From Catajapyx aquilonaris (lineage: Eukaryota), in the NCBI GenBank assembly GCA_000934665.2, contig KZ538680.1, forward strand, positions 1 to 54,331: a stretch of 54,331 nt of DNA. The letters run 5' to 3'. The notes under the pieces were generated by a model. That model had not been told where the DNA came from, ran no database searches, and saw nothing but the letters and a program-made list of their open reading frames with translations. The translations under genes were made by a program, and so were the position numbers. Every line of letters starts with the position of its first letter. The stretch's first letter is position 1. Positions 1 through 11,906 of this stretch are shown here, piece after piece.

Positions 1-1500
1 AAAATCGCTTATTTTGGTCTTAACTACAATCCTGCAAAGCGGCTTGCTTTTATCACGATTTGCCGCTTTTTAATGGAATCTCGAACGTACCGCCCCCCAC
101 TAATCAGAAGGCGAGGGCATGAGTCAATCACTGGCCATTGCCCCTGTATCATACAAGTCATTAGAGTGGCCCCTGCAAAGGCGATTCTACGACGGCGAAG
201 GAGGAAACTTAGTTGCGGGTGATGGAATCATTCCAGCAAGGGTGGATCGTGATACTGATCTAGTCAAGGGAGAGTCTTGCTTGACTCTTCATCAGAGAAT
301 ATTTTATACTGTTGTCAACCTTCTCTGAATGCGGCTGCAATTTTCATCGCCATTCATATATCGCCCTCTCTCCTGGTGTCATCGCTTAAGAGATCACGAG
401 TGGGCATCGGAGCAAGAGCATCTATGTGCAGTGCAGTTGTATGTATATGGTAAATGAGCCCAAGAACATGTTTCTTACCCTTAATTTAACCCGCCCCCAC
501 CCCGAGGGGAGAGTCTTTTGAGAACTTCTAAATCAAAGAAACAAACACCTTAGTGGCAATAAAATAACTACTAAACATTATTGGAACACCCTCTATTACT
601 TTGTGCAAGTCAATGTAAAGTTGGTCTTACGCTGCATACGAATCATGTACTAATCTGTACGGGATATATTCAGTATGTCCTGCATGCGGGCTTTATTGTG
701 TCCTGCGGTTTCGGGCTTACTTCTCGAAGCTCCGTTAGACTAACAATAATTATTCGAATGATATCGTCCGATTTGATTGACTTTTTACTCTTTGCCGAAG
801 GCCCCAACGAGTCATCTTATCTTATGTGACTCTCTATACCTTAGAACCATGCCAGTGCAGTCACTGTTCTTAATTGCTATACGTTTTGTAGTTATAGCTC
901 AACAAAGTGTAGGGAAGGCAATGAAATCCGAATAATAATAATAATAATAGCTTAGCAAATCAACGGTGGCAGTGCATTCAAAGTATTCTAAAGGAGAGAC
1001 ATTAGTGAAATAATATACGTATTAAGCGGATGCTGGGGGAAGTCGCTTTGCATTGTTGAAACGTGGTCCCGTCCAGTTACGGCGCAGCATTTCGATCTGC
1101 GTGGAAAATCTGACCAGCTCGCAAGTGAAATACGAGTCTGCTCGAAAAGGGTGCAGCGATTAGTCCATTAGTCGATATAATAAATACTCCAAACGGATCA
1201 CAGGATTCCATACACACACACAAAAAGTTTCGACAAAGCAAAATGTGTACTTTCTTGTCGAAACCCGGGACTATAAAACGTGTCACCTCAAATATACGAC
1301 GCAAGAATACGAGTTGAACTGCACTTATTTTATTTGCCGCGGAAAACCTCATCTTTGTGCCCTATGGCCTACACTACACGGTATGTGTCATCCCTGCTGA
1401 AGGTCTGTTTGAGAGAAATTGCGACGCATTTTAAGGACACATCGCAAGATTAAAGATGGTGTTCCTATATGTCTTTCTGGTGATCACATACTATTTCTAC

Positions 1501-1587
<87 letters not shown>
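1501..1587. repeat. (CTA)n microsatellite, about 29 units
   Basis: Perfect CTA run; explains the poly-T/poly-L ORFs at 1419-1668. Confidence 0.98.
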
Positions 1588-2070
1588 TACTTCGTTTCTG
1601 ACCACACGGCTTCAATCGTATTACATTGTTCTTTTCCGCAAGTGTTACTACAGTACAATATCACTTGAGAAGTGGACCGTCTTGGCAGGATCTGTCGTGA
1701 CGAACGAAGGAAGTCAAAGCATCCAGTGGTGTATGAAAATCAGAAGTTTCACTTGTTCCGGCGCAGTTTGCACTGTGTTAGCATATCTAGGCTACAACAT
1801 GTGTTGAACTTGGCTCATCCTTATAGATGATTGTCTCTTTTGTGCTGTTCGAGGCAACTTGTAAAGGTAATCGAGGGAAAGCTTGTCATAAGCACGCATC
1901 ATTGAAATCAGAGAGACATAGCATAATACCTCATTTACGTATAATTTATTATTATTATTATTTGGAATATATCATAATGGATGGGTGCCATTTGAGATCA
2001 GGATGTAATATCTGTCCCGTTTCGGTTTAGCATGAAAATTTGCCATTTCGCAGATGGTGTTTGGCGCATA

Positions 2071-2448
2071 CAGGGTGTTTGTTACACGTCCAGCATGCCG
2101 CCGTCACCGTATTCCTTGGGCCAAAAGAAGTCGAAAATTTAGGGGGGAGAAATGTCGAGGGAGCAACCTTTAATATGACCTTGACCAGAAACAGTGGTCA
2201 ATGGTTGCCGAAGGAGCAGGATACCAGCGTGGAAAACGCGACTGTTGGGATTTGCAAGGTCACCTCTTTCACAGAAGTGATTACCACCGCTCATATCCTG
2301 CAACTTCGGCAACCCTTCGCCTACTGTTTCTGGTCGTCTACCTGGTTAACGGTTGGTCCCTCGACATTTCTCCCCCCTACATTTTCGACTTGTTTTGGCC
2401 CAAGGAATACGCTGACGGCGGCATGCTGGACTAGTAAGAAACACCCTG
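2071..2448. mobile_element. Foldback MITE, Tc1/mariner-type ends
   Basis: TA|CAGGGTGTTT...AAACACCCTG|TA. Long imperfect inverted arms (e.g. GTCCAGCATGCCGCCGTCA / TGACGGCGGCATGCTGGAC) cover most of the element. TA target-site duplication (TSD). Confidence 0.85.
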
Positions 2449-3587
2449 TATATACTATAAAATCCATTTTTAGTAAATGCTTATAAAACGCTCAGCAGAC
2501 TTCTAAGAACTAAAAGGAGTCAGAAAAGTATGTATAATACTGACTGAGACGGCGAAAGAGGAAAATAATTATTAGACCTGAAAATGTATAAAGTTGGCTA
2601 TTATAGCAACAGTTCTGTGTCACATTATTCTAATGCAAAGTGCATCGTAATATGAATATTTAGCCCAAAAAACCACGATCTAAAATGTTTCGTTTGAATA
2701 ATGGTGAAGTGTTCTTGACAGCAGGTGAATGTATCTGTTGCGCATTGCTTGATCTATATTTTTCAGACAATGACAGCAATAATGGCAGAGGTCCCCACAA
2801 GACTAACCACACCACAGCAATAATCCCGAATAATTTGAAAGATTTGCTCACGTATGTACGTGTTGTAATGTTGCTGTCTGGGTACATGTTGTTATTGCAG
2901 AAGTTACATGTCCATACAAGTTGTTAATCAAGGCTATAGTTTGCATGTTGGCGTCAATCGAGATGTATAGGCCTACTAACATACTGTACTACCTCAGGTT
3001 ATGGTGAGGCATAGACCTACTCTGCTTATTGCTACAAGTAGTATCATTCTATAGAAGGGTGGCATCGACTGGTTGTAAGTTGGGAGGACAAAGCTCTGGT
3101 GAAGATCACCGGTCGTTGGGTGGTCTTTCAGTGGGGCTGCTCGGTGTGTGTTGTTTATGTCGACGCCATTCTTCTATTGAGGGTGCTGAGGTTCTTTTTT
3201 TGAGACTTCTCAGGTCAAATCCACGTGGCTGTGTCTTCATATCTGTCTGGCAAATTATCTTATAAGTGTGACACTCCAGGTTCAGAGGACAAAGGCTCCT
3301 CGACGTGAATTGGATACTCTGTCTGTGTGTTGGGACAGACAAAAGGGTGCTTGAACAAGTTAGTTGCCTGCATAACCTGACATTTGGGCGACTGTAAGGC
3401 TGGATGCCATTCGTACTGGTTCAAAGTCATCAGAGATTCGAACCGAGGTCATAGGCCACTGAATGAGGAGTCATGAGGAGTCACGGACCGAATCTTTGGG
3501 CTGCTTGGATTACTTAATTCGATGGTCCGGTTGTGCGAGTTAGTTGGAAGTATCCTGGTTTATTGGTACACCAGCAGAAGCAGAAAC

Positions 3588-3653
<66 letters not shown>
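3588..3653. repeat. (GAT)n microsatellite, about 22 units
   Basis: Perfect GAT run; explains the poly-H/poly-S ORFs. Confidence 0.98.
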
Positions 3654-4809
3654 AGCACAGTACACAGCACTCGCATATAATAATTATTAATGAAGTGAGT
3701 GTATACGGTACGCCTATACTGATGCAACATGTCTTGATCTCGTCCAAATATTCCTCTCGTGACATCCATACTGTATTTACGTACATTTCTCTTCAAGTAT
3801 ATCGAAAGGAGCAGAGAATTTACTTTATTCGAGCAGTGCTGCAGCACTTGAAATCCTCGTTGACTGCAAAACCGTGCTGCGTCTATATACCTGAGCAGTC
3901 AGACTCTGGATCTGCTAGGCCTGTATAGGTGTGAATGTTTTTCTGGCCTGTGGCCTCATGCATTGATATGGCACAAACAGAGGCGCGGTGGGCAGTTTAT
4001 ATCGTTCAAATCTTCCGATATACGACCCATGCAATGCAGCCTGTCAACAATTGCGTATTGTTTAAAATATCGATCATTATTTTGCATTTTGATTGATCGT
4101 CATTCCAGAACAAAAGTGATTAATCCTCTGTGAGAATAACATGGATGAGCCACTTGTTCTAGATTTACCATCGGTCACTCAATTGGCCTCGGGCTAAAGG
4201 AAGTCGCTGACGCAATAAATTCACTTGTCAATATGATACATCCGTTGCACGGTACTTCCGGGAACCAAATCGTGAGGTTTTGTGTCCTTCACATCTCCCG
4301 GAGAGAAAAACCGTCGCGTGCTTACCGCTAAGAATGGACAACAACAATAATGACATGCAAGCTATTTGTAAGCTAATGGTGCCGAACATGACAAATTTTT
4401 AGTAACAATTACTGTCACTCTGTTCATGATGAGAGGGCCAAACGAAGTGGCAGTGACACGTAATCGGTTTTCCCTCTAGAACCTGGTGCACAAGATGTCA
4501 CAGTTAAAATCACTAGTGCTGGAACCGGCTGGAACAATATTGAAATCGTTTTGTTCAGCAAAATGTGCGGGCGGAGCGAGAATCGAATTGAAGTTATAGA
4601 GTAGCCTATATGATTCATAGGAGTACCGGTATTTCAGATGTGGGACGCGCTGGCCGTTCTCTCTCATATATAGGGTGATGTTGATTATTTTGATCAGTGT
4701 TACTAATCTTTAAAAATCATTTATTGACTTCTAACCACGGACGATAAAGATGGACTGGAAACTTGAGCCGATATCGCAATTTTCCTTGCCCCGTTTTATT
4801 TCCGTTTAG

Positions 4810-5258
4810 TTCCAGTGCTTCCCGCGTCGGCCGCAGGGCACCGCGTTCCATCTTCCTCTCACTGTGGCTATCAAGCGTGGTCGTATACCCTGTGGCGACC
4901 GTCATATGGGGATATGCACCACTTTCATACCAAGTCAGTCGCAGTGAGTTCAATGCCCGAATGTGACATAAACAACACTATAATATTTTTTCTTGATAAT
5001 TATATCCTGCAGCCTCTGGCGTGATTTGGAGAAACGCCAACGCCAACAGCATGTACCTGTCCCTGCGACGCGACCCTGAGGAGGAGCAGCTGGAAGGCTA
5101 CGAGTTCGTGGTGCACAACATGCCCACTAACTTCCCCGCCTCTCTACGACGTAGGGTCGGCATTGTCAATGATATCTGGTACACTCTCTGGATAGTGGGT
5201 GTGCTATTTCCAACGCTACACCAAAACTCAGAGACTATACGGGTATGTTTGGCCCCTG
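4810..5258 (+). CDS. Probable exons of an unidentified multi-exon gene (partial model)
   Basis: Exon 4810-4943 (tttag| ... |gtgagt) joins in phase 1 to the exon starting at 5013 (cctgcag|). Translation: ...RSIFLSLWLSSVVVYPVATVIWGY...SGVIWRNANANSMYLSLRRDPEEEQLEGYEFVVHNMP... Codons at 5040-5150 are GC3-rich. No homology recognised; start and end not resolved. Confidence 0.35.
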
Positions 5259-5457
5259 GTGAGTAACTCTTTGGCAATGGTGTCGGAATTTGGAGCAGCG
5301 CGAGTGTGGGTGCGCACTCGGTTGCGTTCGTAATTTTTTTTAAAGTCTATAGTGCGCCATATATGTGAGGGGTATGGTACTACATTGACAGTTGTCCATT
5401 TGGTTTCTCCCCAAGCGTAGCGCTTGAAATACAGCATGCAGCGCTTATGTGCCACTT

Positions 5458-5609
5458 TCAGAAAGTGACGTATGATGACGCTTCATAAAGCACCAATCAG
5501 AGGCACGATCAGATGGGGTACTCTTGAAGTTCATTGGGCGGCAGGGAGAGGATTGGGTGACTCTGATTGGTGCTTTATGAAACATCATCATAATGTAATG
5601 TCGCTTTCT
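5458..5609. repeat. Inverted repeat / foldback element
   Basis: TTCATAAAGCACCAATCAGAG pairs with CTCTGATTGGTGCTTTATGAA; imperfect pairing extends to CAGAAAG/CTTTCTG. Confidence 0.75.
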
Positions 5610-6339
5610 GGAGACGCATCTGAATAAGACATGCATTGCCTATCACAATGACTCACTCAAGTTATTTACCTGGCAAGTCACCAATATTTTTGAAGAACAA
5701 ACAGCCTGTCACTGCAACAATGATTCATTGCCATGAGAACGTCCTACTGGAGAACTAAAAAGTAATAAGCTTCTTGTTCGTCCATTGCACGACTCCTTCG
5801 CCACAGGTAAGCGTCAGGTAGCTGCTTTGAATTTGTTAGGAATTTTTTATTATGATTCACTTCTATAGAGTGAATTCCAGGTAACAGAATCCAGGGTCAC
5901 TAAATGCGGATGTATCATTTAGAGGTCTCGTTACTGAGACAATGCGCATTAATCAAAACTGCTTTATACCATGCCCTCTGGTGTCTACGATTCCTCACGG
6001 AAAGTTATCTAAATTACAAAGAGGTGTTGCACCTTTAACAATATAGACATGCAACTTGCAATTTTGACATTTCACATTCTTCTCTTACAGCGAGAATCTG
6101 GACCACATCCATCTGAGTCATCAGACACCAGCAAGTCACCAAAGTATCCTCTGCCGAAGCACCAGCCTGACTGCTGAAACTACTTGCTGAGGTTCGCCTA
6201 ATGCGCATCTAATCTTGGCCATCTTATAGTCTAGTTATAATCATCCTGCATGTACTGTACAGCGACTGATCTGGATGTATTATTATTATTATTATTTCGG
6301 AAAAGGCCTGGGCAATAATTGGAGGCGGGCGAGTGGAGT

Positions 6340-6651
6340 ATGATCCTGATAATACTGGGATTGTTGGGCTCCGTGATCGCTGTAGTAGGAACTGTGGTGC
6401 CTGAGGCGTGGGTGATCTACTTCCCGATCAGCCTGGTGCTGTGCCTGGTCATGGCCCTGGTCGGAGACGTGCTCCAGATCAAAAGCAGGCCCAACCACGA
6501 CGACCCCTACCTTGACCTCTACGTAGACCTGGCCATGGGAATCATTTGCGCCATGGCTCTCTTCACCTTCTACGAGCAAGAGATCGTGCCTCTAAATCTC
6601 TCCATCCCGTTCTGGAATAGTGACGACGACGAGACGTCACGCAAGACGTAG
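6340..6651 (+). CDS. Small membrane protein, about 103 aa with three hydrophobic helices, unknown family
   Basis: ATG at 6340 to TAG at 6651; strongly C/G-ending codons. Hydrophobic segments MILIILGLLGSVIAVVGTVV, WVIYFPISLVLCLVMALVG and LYVDLAMGIICAMALFTFY. Confidence 0.6.
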   Translation: MILIILGLLGSVIAVVGTVVPEAWVIYFPISLVLCLVMALVGDVLQIKSRPNHDDPYLDLYVDLAMGIICAMALFTFYEQEIVPLNLSIPFWNSDDDETSRKT

Positions 6652-7566
6652 AGGGTACACTATTTCATTAGAGACTAGCCACGGGCAGCAGTGTATAACA
6701 GGCGAATAAAGGAACGGGGCACGCAGATGATTCTCTGTGAGACTTTAGGTTTGTCTCTCACCCCATCAGGTGTGGATTTCCTGCTATCAGTCACCCCCAG
6801 TCTGACAATAATATTGTTATAAATCCTGACACCTTTTCTTGCGTTTTGATCCGAAATCATGCCATATGCACGCACCAATCTTTCGAGTATAGTTCAATGA
6901 CAGAAATAATGGCCACATACTATGTATACTCTGTAGTCATTTTTGGAGTTTCAAGATCCTGGATTATGCTTGTGGAGTGGCTACATCATTGTATACTACA
7001 GTGCTACAGTAAAGTATGTATAGTCGTAAATTTTTGTTTGTTTGAAAAATTGAAAGTGATAAGTGCAGTAGGCTAAGCAAAAAACCAAATTACATAATAA
7101 AATTTCACAAATCGATGATCCAGCATTGCAACATTTTTCTTTTCATTTCAGCATTAGAATTGCACTGAAAATGGAAATAATATCTATAGACAGTGTGTCC
7201 CATAGCAGTCTCTGACATCCGTATCGGTGGAAATCACGCGTGCCTTTCTGAGTTAAGTCAATATTTGCGTGTGCGACACCACAATACTAAGCAATCTCAT
7301 AAACTGCGATCATACTTGTGATGCGGGACATCACATTATTTTAGCCCAGCACAATATTGTAGTGATACGAATGACTTAAAAAGTTCCTCTGTCGGCCTAC
7401 TACACGACAAAAACGCAATAAATAAATCGGCTGATCAGTATAGGTTACTTATTCAGCAAAAGCATGACCACATCATCACTATACAAACATAGAAACACTG
7501 AACAGGAGAATCAACATTGCTCAAGGCGAACTCGAAGACTGATGATCGGAAGATCAGTGCTGCTGG

Positions 7567-9567
7567 CTAGCCGTTGATGGCGTCCTTTGAGTGCAGCCTG
7601 ATCTGCGGGTAGTGCCTGAGGATCAGCCTCCTGATCCGGTCCAGGTGGTGGTCCGGCATCCCCCAGGTGGACATGACCCCGAGGCGGATCAGATTTGGGC
7701 ATCCCCTCAGCAGCATCCTGGCCGTCCTGGCTTTGACCCCAGTCTGGATGACCTCCATCTTCTCCAGCGAATTCGCACAGCTAGCGGGCGCTCTCAGAGC
7801 CTGTCTCATCCGTCGGTGGCACAGCCTGGCCTCTCCGCTGGTCAGCGTCAGCTCCTTCAGGTTGGGCGAGCTGGACAGGAAGTAGGAGAGGGCGAAGACC
7901 CCTGTGCGGAACACGGACAGGAAGAGGTTCTGCAGCACCGGCATGGTGTTCGGAGGCGTCTCGGAGGCGTCTGCGTCGCCCCTGCCGTCCTCCTCAGAGT
8001 CTTGGTGCCAACCAGCACCCGGGTACTCCCAGACGCTCAGTGTGCTCAGGGTGTCAGCGCATCTCCGGAGCACCCTGCAGACCTGCTTCCACTCCAGCCC
8101 AGGAGGGGCCACACCGGTCAGGTCCAGGGAGGTCAAGGCCCACTGGGAACCGGTCACCAGTCGCTCCAGCGTCTGACCCCTGATGCCACCGATGCCCAAG
8201 AAGGTGATGCCTGGAAGGGTCACCAGCACTCGACACAGCTTGTCCTCCTCACAAAGCGGCGGAGGCTCATCGGCCCTGGGGGGAACCACTGGGGCTGTTG
8301 TCAGCACGACCTGAAGTGAGGTCAGCTGGAGATGGAGCAAGGACAGTGAGGTCATTTACATGCAGACATAGATTCTTGAAAGAGAGGAAATACGTGCGAC
8401 CTCTGGGCAGTGCCTGAGGAGGTCAATGAGCTCCTTGGGCTGGAAGAGCGACCAGGTGGAGATGGTGGTGAAGGTCAGCTTGATGTCCTCCTCCGGGACT
8501 CTGGTTCCGGGACAGGATCCGGGTTCTGGCCCCCACCCTTCCCCTGCTGCCTGGACAATCTCCCTGGCCAGCTCAGGGGTGAGCTCCCTGTAGTCCCTCA
8601 TGGGTCCAGGGACGGCCAGAAGGAGCCTGGCCATGTAGGATGGTCCTGGCAGGGACCTGATCCCAGAGACGCACACTTTCTTCAGGTGCTTCATCCAGGC
8701 CATCCCCATAAGGCCGTGTTGCGTGACCCCGGCCGACAGGGAGATGTCCAGCGACTCCAGCATCGGACAGTGTGACCACAGCTGCCTCAGGATGCTGTCG
8801 CTGCAGCAACGGATCATGCTGACCGAGGTCAGGTTCGGAAGGCATCTCCAGTCTACGCCCTCCAACCTGCTGCTGATCGGCGTCTCGCCACTTTAGGACA
8901 TTAAAATGACACACGTAAGTATTGTAGTCATCCTGTGTGATTTTCAATGCATATACTTTGCTTCGATAGGAGTTCCCGGATGCTGCAGGAAGAATACGTC
9001 CTGGAGCGAGGCCATGCTGCTGATTCCAGAGGCGGCGCTGCACTGCAGATGCGATGGGAGGCCGTGCAGATGCAGCCTCTTCCTCGTGGGGTGGGCCAGC
9101 AGCCCGCAGCAGGACTCCAGGGCGGCCCCTCGGGTCCACTCCTCCCTCTTCTTCCACCATGCCCACACCCAGTCCCAGAACTGGCGTGGGAATCAGAAAC
9201 ACATTTCCGCCTGATGAACAACACCTCGCTGTCGGAAACAGCAGCACAGCAACAGAGCTCAATAGTATAATAAAGACACCGTGTATACCTGTTTGACTGC
9301 GACTTTCCTGGCCCTCTCTTCTCTCTCTCCCTTGATGGCCAGCTCGACCCTGAACCTGTCTGCCAGCCTGTCCTCAATCTCGTCCATGACTGTGTCCACC
9401 AGCTCGTGTCCCAACCTGAGCAGGTACGTCTCCACCGACACCAGCTCCTCCCGAAGCCTGATCAGGTCCAGGTCCGCCGATGCTACGGAGACCACGCACT
9501 TACCCAGCGTTTTCAGGGACAGGCACCGCAGTGTCGGTACCGGGTACTTGTCGCCCAGCTCCAGCAT
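7567..9567 (-). CDS. Leucine-rich-repeat protein with N-terminal BC-box-like motif (putative Elongin BC/Cullin substrate receptor; PRAME/ZYG-11-like architecture), about 583 aa
   Basis: Exons 9567-9289, 9180-8957, 8890-8401 and 8325-7567 are GT-AG bounded and total 1752 nt in frame. N-terminal VPTLRCLSLKTL. LRR-type repeats CPMLESLDIS, LPNLTSVSM, SPNLKELTL, CPNLIRLGV. Confidence 0.75.
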
Positions 9568-10215
9568 CTCTCTTATTTCGACTAATATGGTGACCTCACT
9601 CTCTCTCTCTTGTCACGTTCTGAACTTAACAGTAAATAGAGAATAATAATAGTGCCGTGTACCCATCAAACAATACGGGTTGCCCAGGAAAACGGCAACA
9701 ACCAGGCACATGCCATTGTCGCGATTATTGGGACCATTTACACAGCAACGAGTATTTTGAATTACGCCAGACTCCATTGGTTTCTGCAGAGGGGATTGCT
9801 AAACCTGGACCGGACCATACTAACAATGAAGCGAAATGATTGATGTGTGGATTGAAGTCACTTTGCCTTTAATTCGCACTTTAATTGAATTGTTGAAATA
9901 ATTGTTGACAGTCATTGTTTCTCATTGTGACGCCACCTCAGAAGATTCATTATGAAGGTCATACGTTGAAAGCCTAATAGGACATACTGTAAGTAATAAT
10001 CAATTAAATTATATTTTTACCACAACTATATGAACGGAACCATATTTCCACTATAGCTATGGATAAGCGGAATGAATTTTGTTACGTGCGGTAGTATACC
10101 GGTACCTCGTGAGGATAAATGATAGGAATAATTTTATCTTTCAATTACTGCATGACGTCAATCTGATATCTCCTGCGAATTCCGCAGTCAAACTTTGCTC
10201 ATATCAGTGTAGACG

Positions 10216-11374
10216 ATGACCTCGGTTGGAAACCTGGGCATCCAGGGAACCAAATCCTGCGCCGGCATATTCGTCGGATTTATATGCATCGTTCTGGTAA
10301 CTGTCACGCATCAGTTGGAAAAAATTGCATTGTTTGATGGTTCTGCTGTTCTCCTAGGTCGGCGGGACATTTTGTCCTTCACCCAGTAACTTCCCATGTA
10401 GTAACCCATGTAACTTCACCCAGTTGGTACGTACAGTGGTACAGTAGCCTACAATAATGTAATGTTTGTACGTATAGACTGGAGGCGTGGTCTTGATCTA
10501 CGCTGGTCTCAGGCTACACTCCGTGATACTGAACGACTTCAGCCCGTTCCTGCCGCCAGGATTCCTTCAAGTCTGGGAATGGCTGGTGGTCATTGGTTCC
10601 CTGAATTCGGCAGTTCCTCTGTTGGCAGTTCCGGCTCTCTTAGTGAGGACCAGAACCTCCAGGGTTGTGGTACGCCTATCACCTACAGTCATTTCGGACA
10701 GTTGGAAAAGATGCGCAGTACAAACATGATGAGTGAGTGTTGACCTCTGTTTGTTGCGTTTGGCAGATGCTGACCTTCTGCAGCGGGGTTCTGGGCGGTT
10801 CGTTCGTTTACACCTTGATATCCGGTACGGACATCGCCATGGACGGACAGAACACCTTCTGGATGGACACGGTTCAGCAACGGATGTGGACAACTCTGAA
10901 AAAGGTGTCCCACATGGAAGCCTGGACCAGAGTTCAGCACGACGTACAGTATATCCACTTTAACTTATGAGTATAGTCGCAGAAGAATGTACTGTTAGAG
11001 ATATTATTTGCATTAACCATCATTATGAAACACCCTGCCCATATTTTTGTTTATTTTATTGTTGTCTTTAATTTATTAACCAGTTGTGCTGCTGTGGCGT
11101 AAATTCTCCAGACGACTGGATCCGGAACTCGAGTATTTCCGGGATACCCGCCTGTTGCGTGTGCGACGGCCACGACGAGTCTCAAAACAGCCACTGCCAG
11201 TGTGACAGAGACGCCCATCATCAACACGGCAACAAAACTGACGTTTTCGATGGAGGTTGCCTGCAAGCAGTTAAATCCCTGGTGCTGTCTGAGGCGGATC
11301 TGGCTCATAAAATCGTCCTGTCAGTGGCAGCCCTCCAGCTGCTTGGATTCGCCTATTGCGGGTGGATGGCCTGA
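10216..11374 (+). CDS. Tetraspanin (divergent) 1, about 246 aa
   Basis: Exons 10216-10296, 10478-10669, 10767-10943, 11084-11374. Four TM segments; CCG motif (LCCCGVNSPDDW), PACC, and GC before TM4. Confidence 0.88.
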
Positions 11375-11906
11375 TGACCCTCACTTACTGGAGTTATGAT
11401 CATCACATGTCAAAGAGACAGGCTGTCTATGTAAAGCCATACTTTTACACAGAGATGGAGAGGTAATTTATATGTAAATTTCTCACAGTCATATATGATT
11501 TTCCATTATTTTCCTAACGTCAGATCCTCAAATATTTTTTCATCTTGGATGACCTTCCAGGTTACTTGGGAATATTACAAGAGTGTGAAAATACCTGCCT
11601 GGCAAATGTGGTGTCCCACGCCCCTTGCCACGCAGAGAAACCTAGTTTGTCTTGTATAATTAATATTTCCTATCCTCTATTAACTTCTTTACTCGGGCAG
11701 ACTTCTCGTCATGAACCTTAAAGTAAATTAATTGTATCAAACCTTTCATACCAGATAGTCGTTTGTGACTTCATCTAGATTCACTCCTGGAGAGTCCGGA
11801 AAAAAGATAGTAACATTAGAACAAACACATCTGGTATAGTATTAACAGAATCCTTGCCAGCTTTTAGTTTTTAGCACTATACTACAGAGTATAAATAATG
11901 CAATTC

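Noticed and set aside
1419..1668. Poly-Thr / poly-Leu ORFs
   Set aside because: Translations of the (CTA)n microsatellite.
2040..2486. 148-aa ORF
   Set aside because: Lies almost wholly within a palindromic MITE; no recognisable protein features.
3514..3847. Poly-His / poly-Ser ORFs
   Set aside because: Translations of the (GAT)n microsatellite.
8353..8358. Abutting stop/start (TAA ATG) suggesting translational coupling of two ORFs
   Set aside because: Both codons fall inside a canonical 75-nt GT-AG intron (8400-8326) that joins the ORFs in frame.
7591..8775. Long + strand ORFs (242 aa, 121 aa)
   Set aside because: Antisense shadows of the GC3-rich LRR gene.
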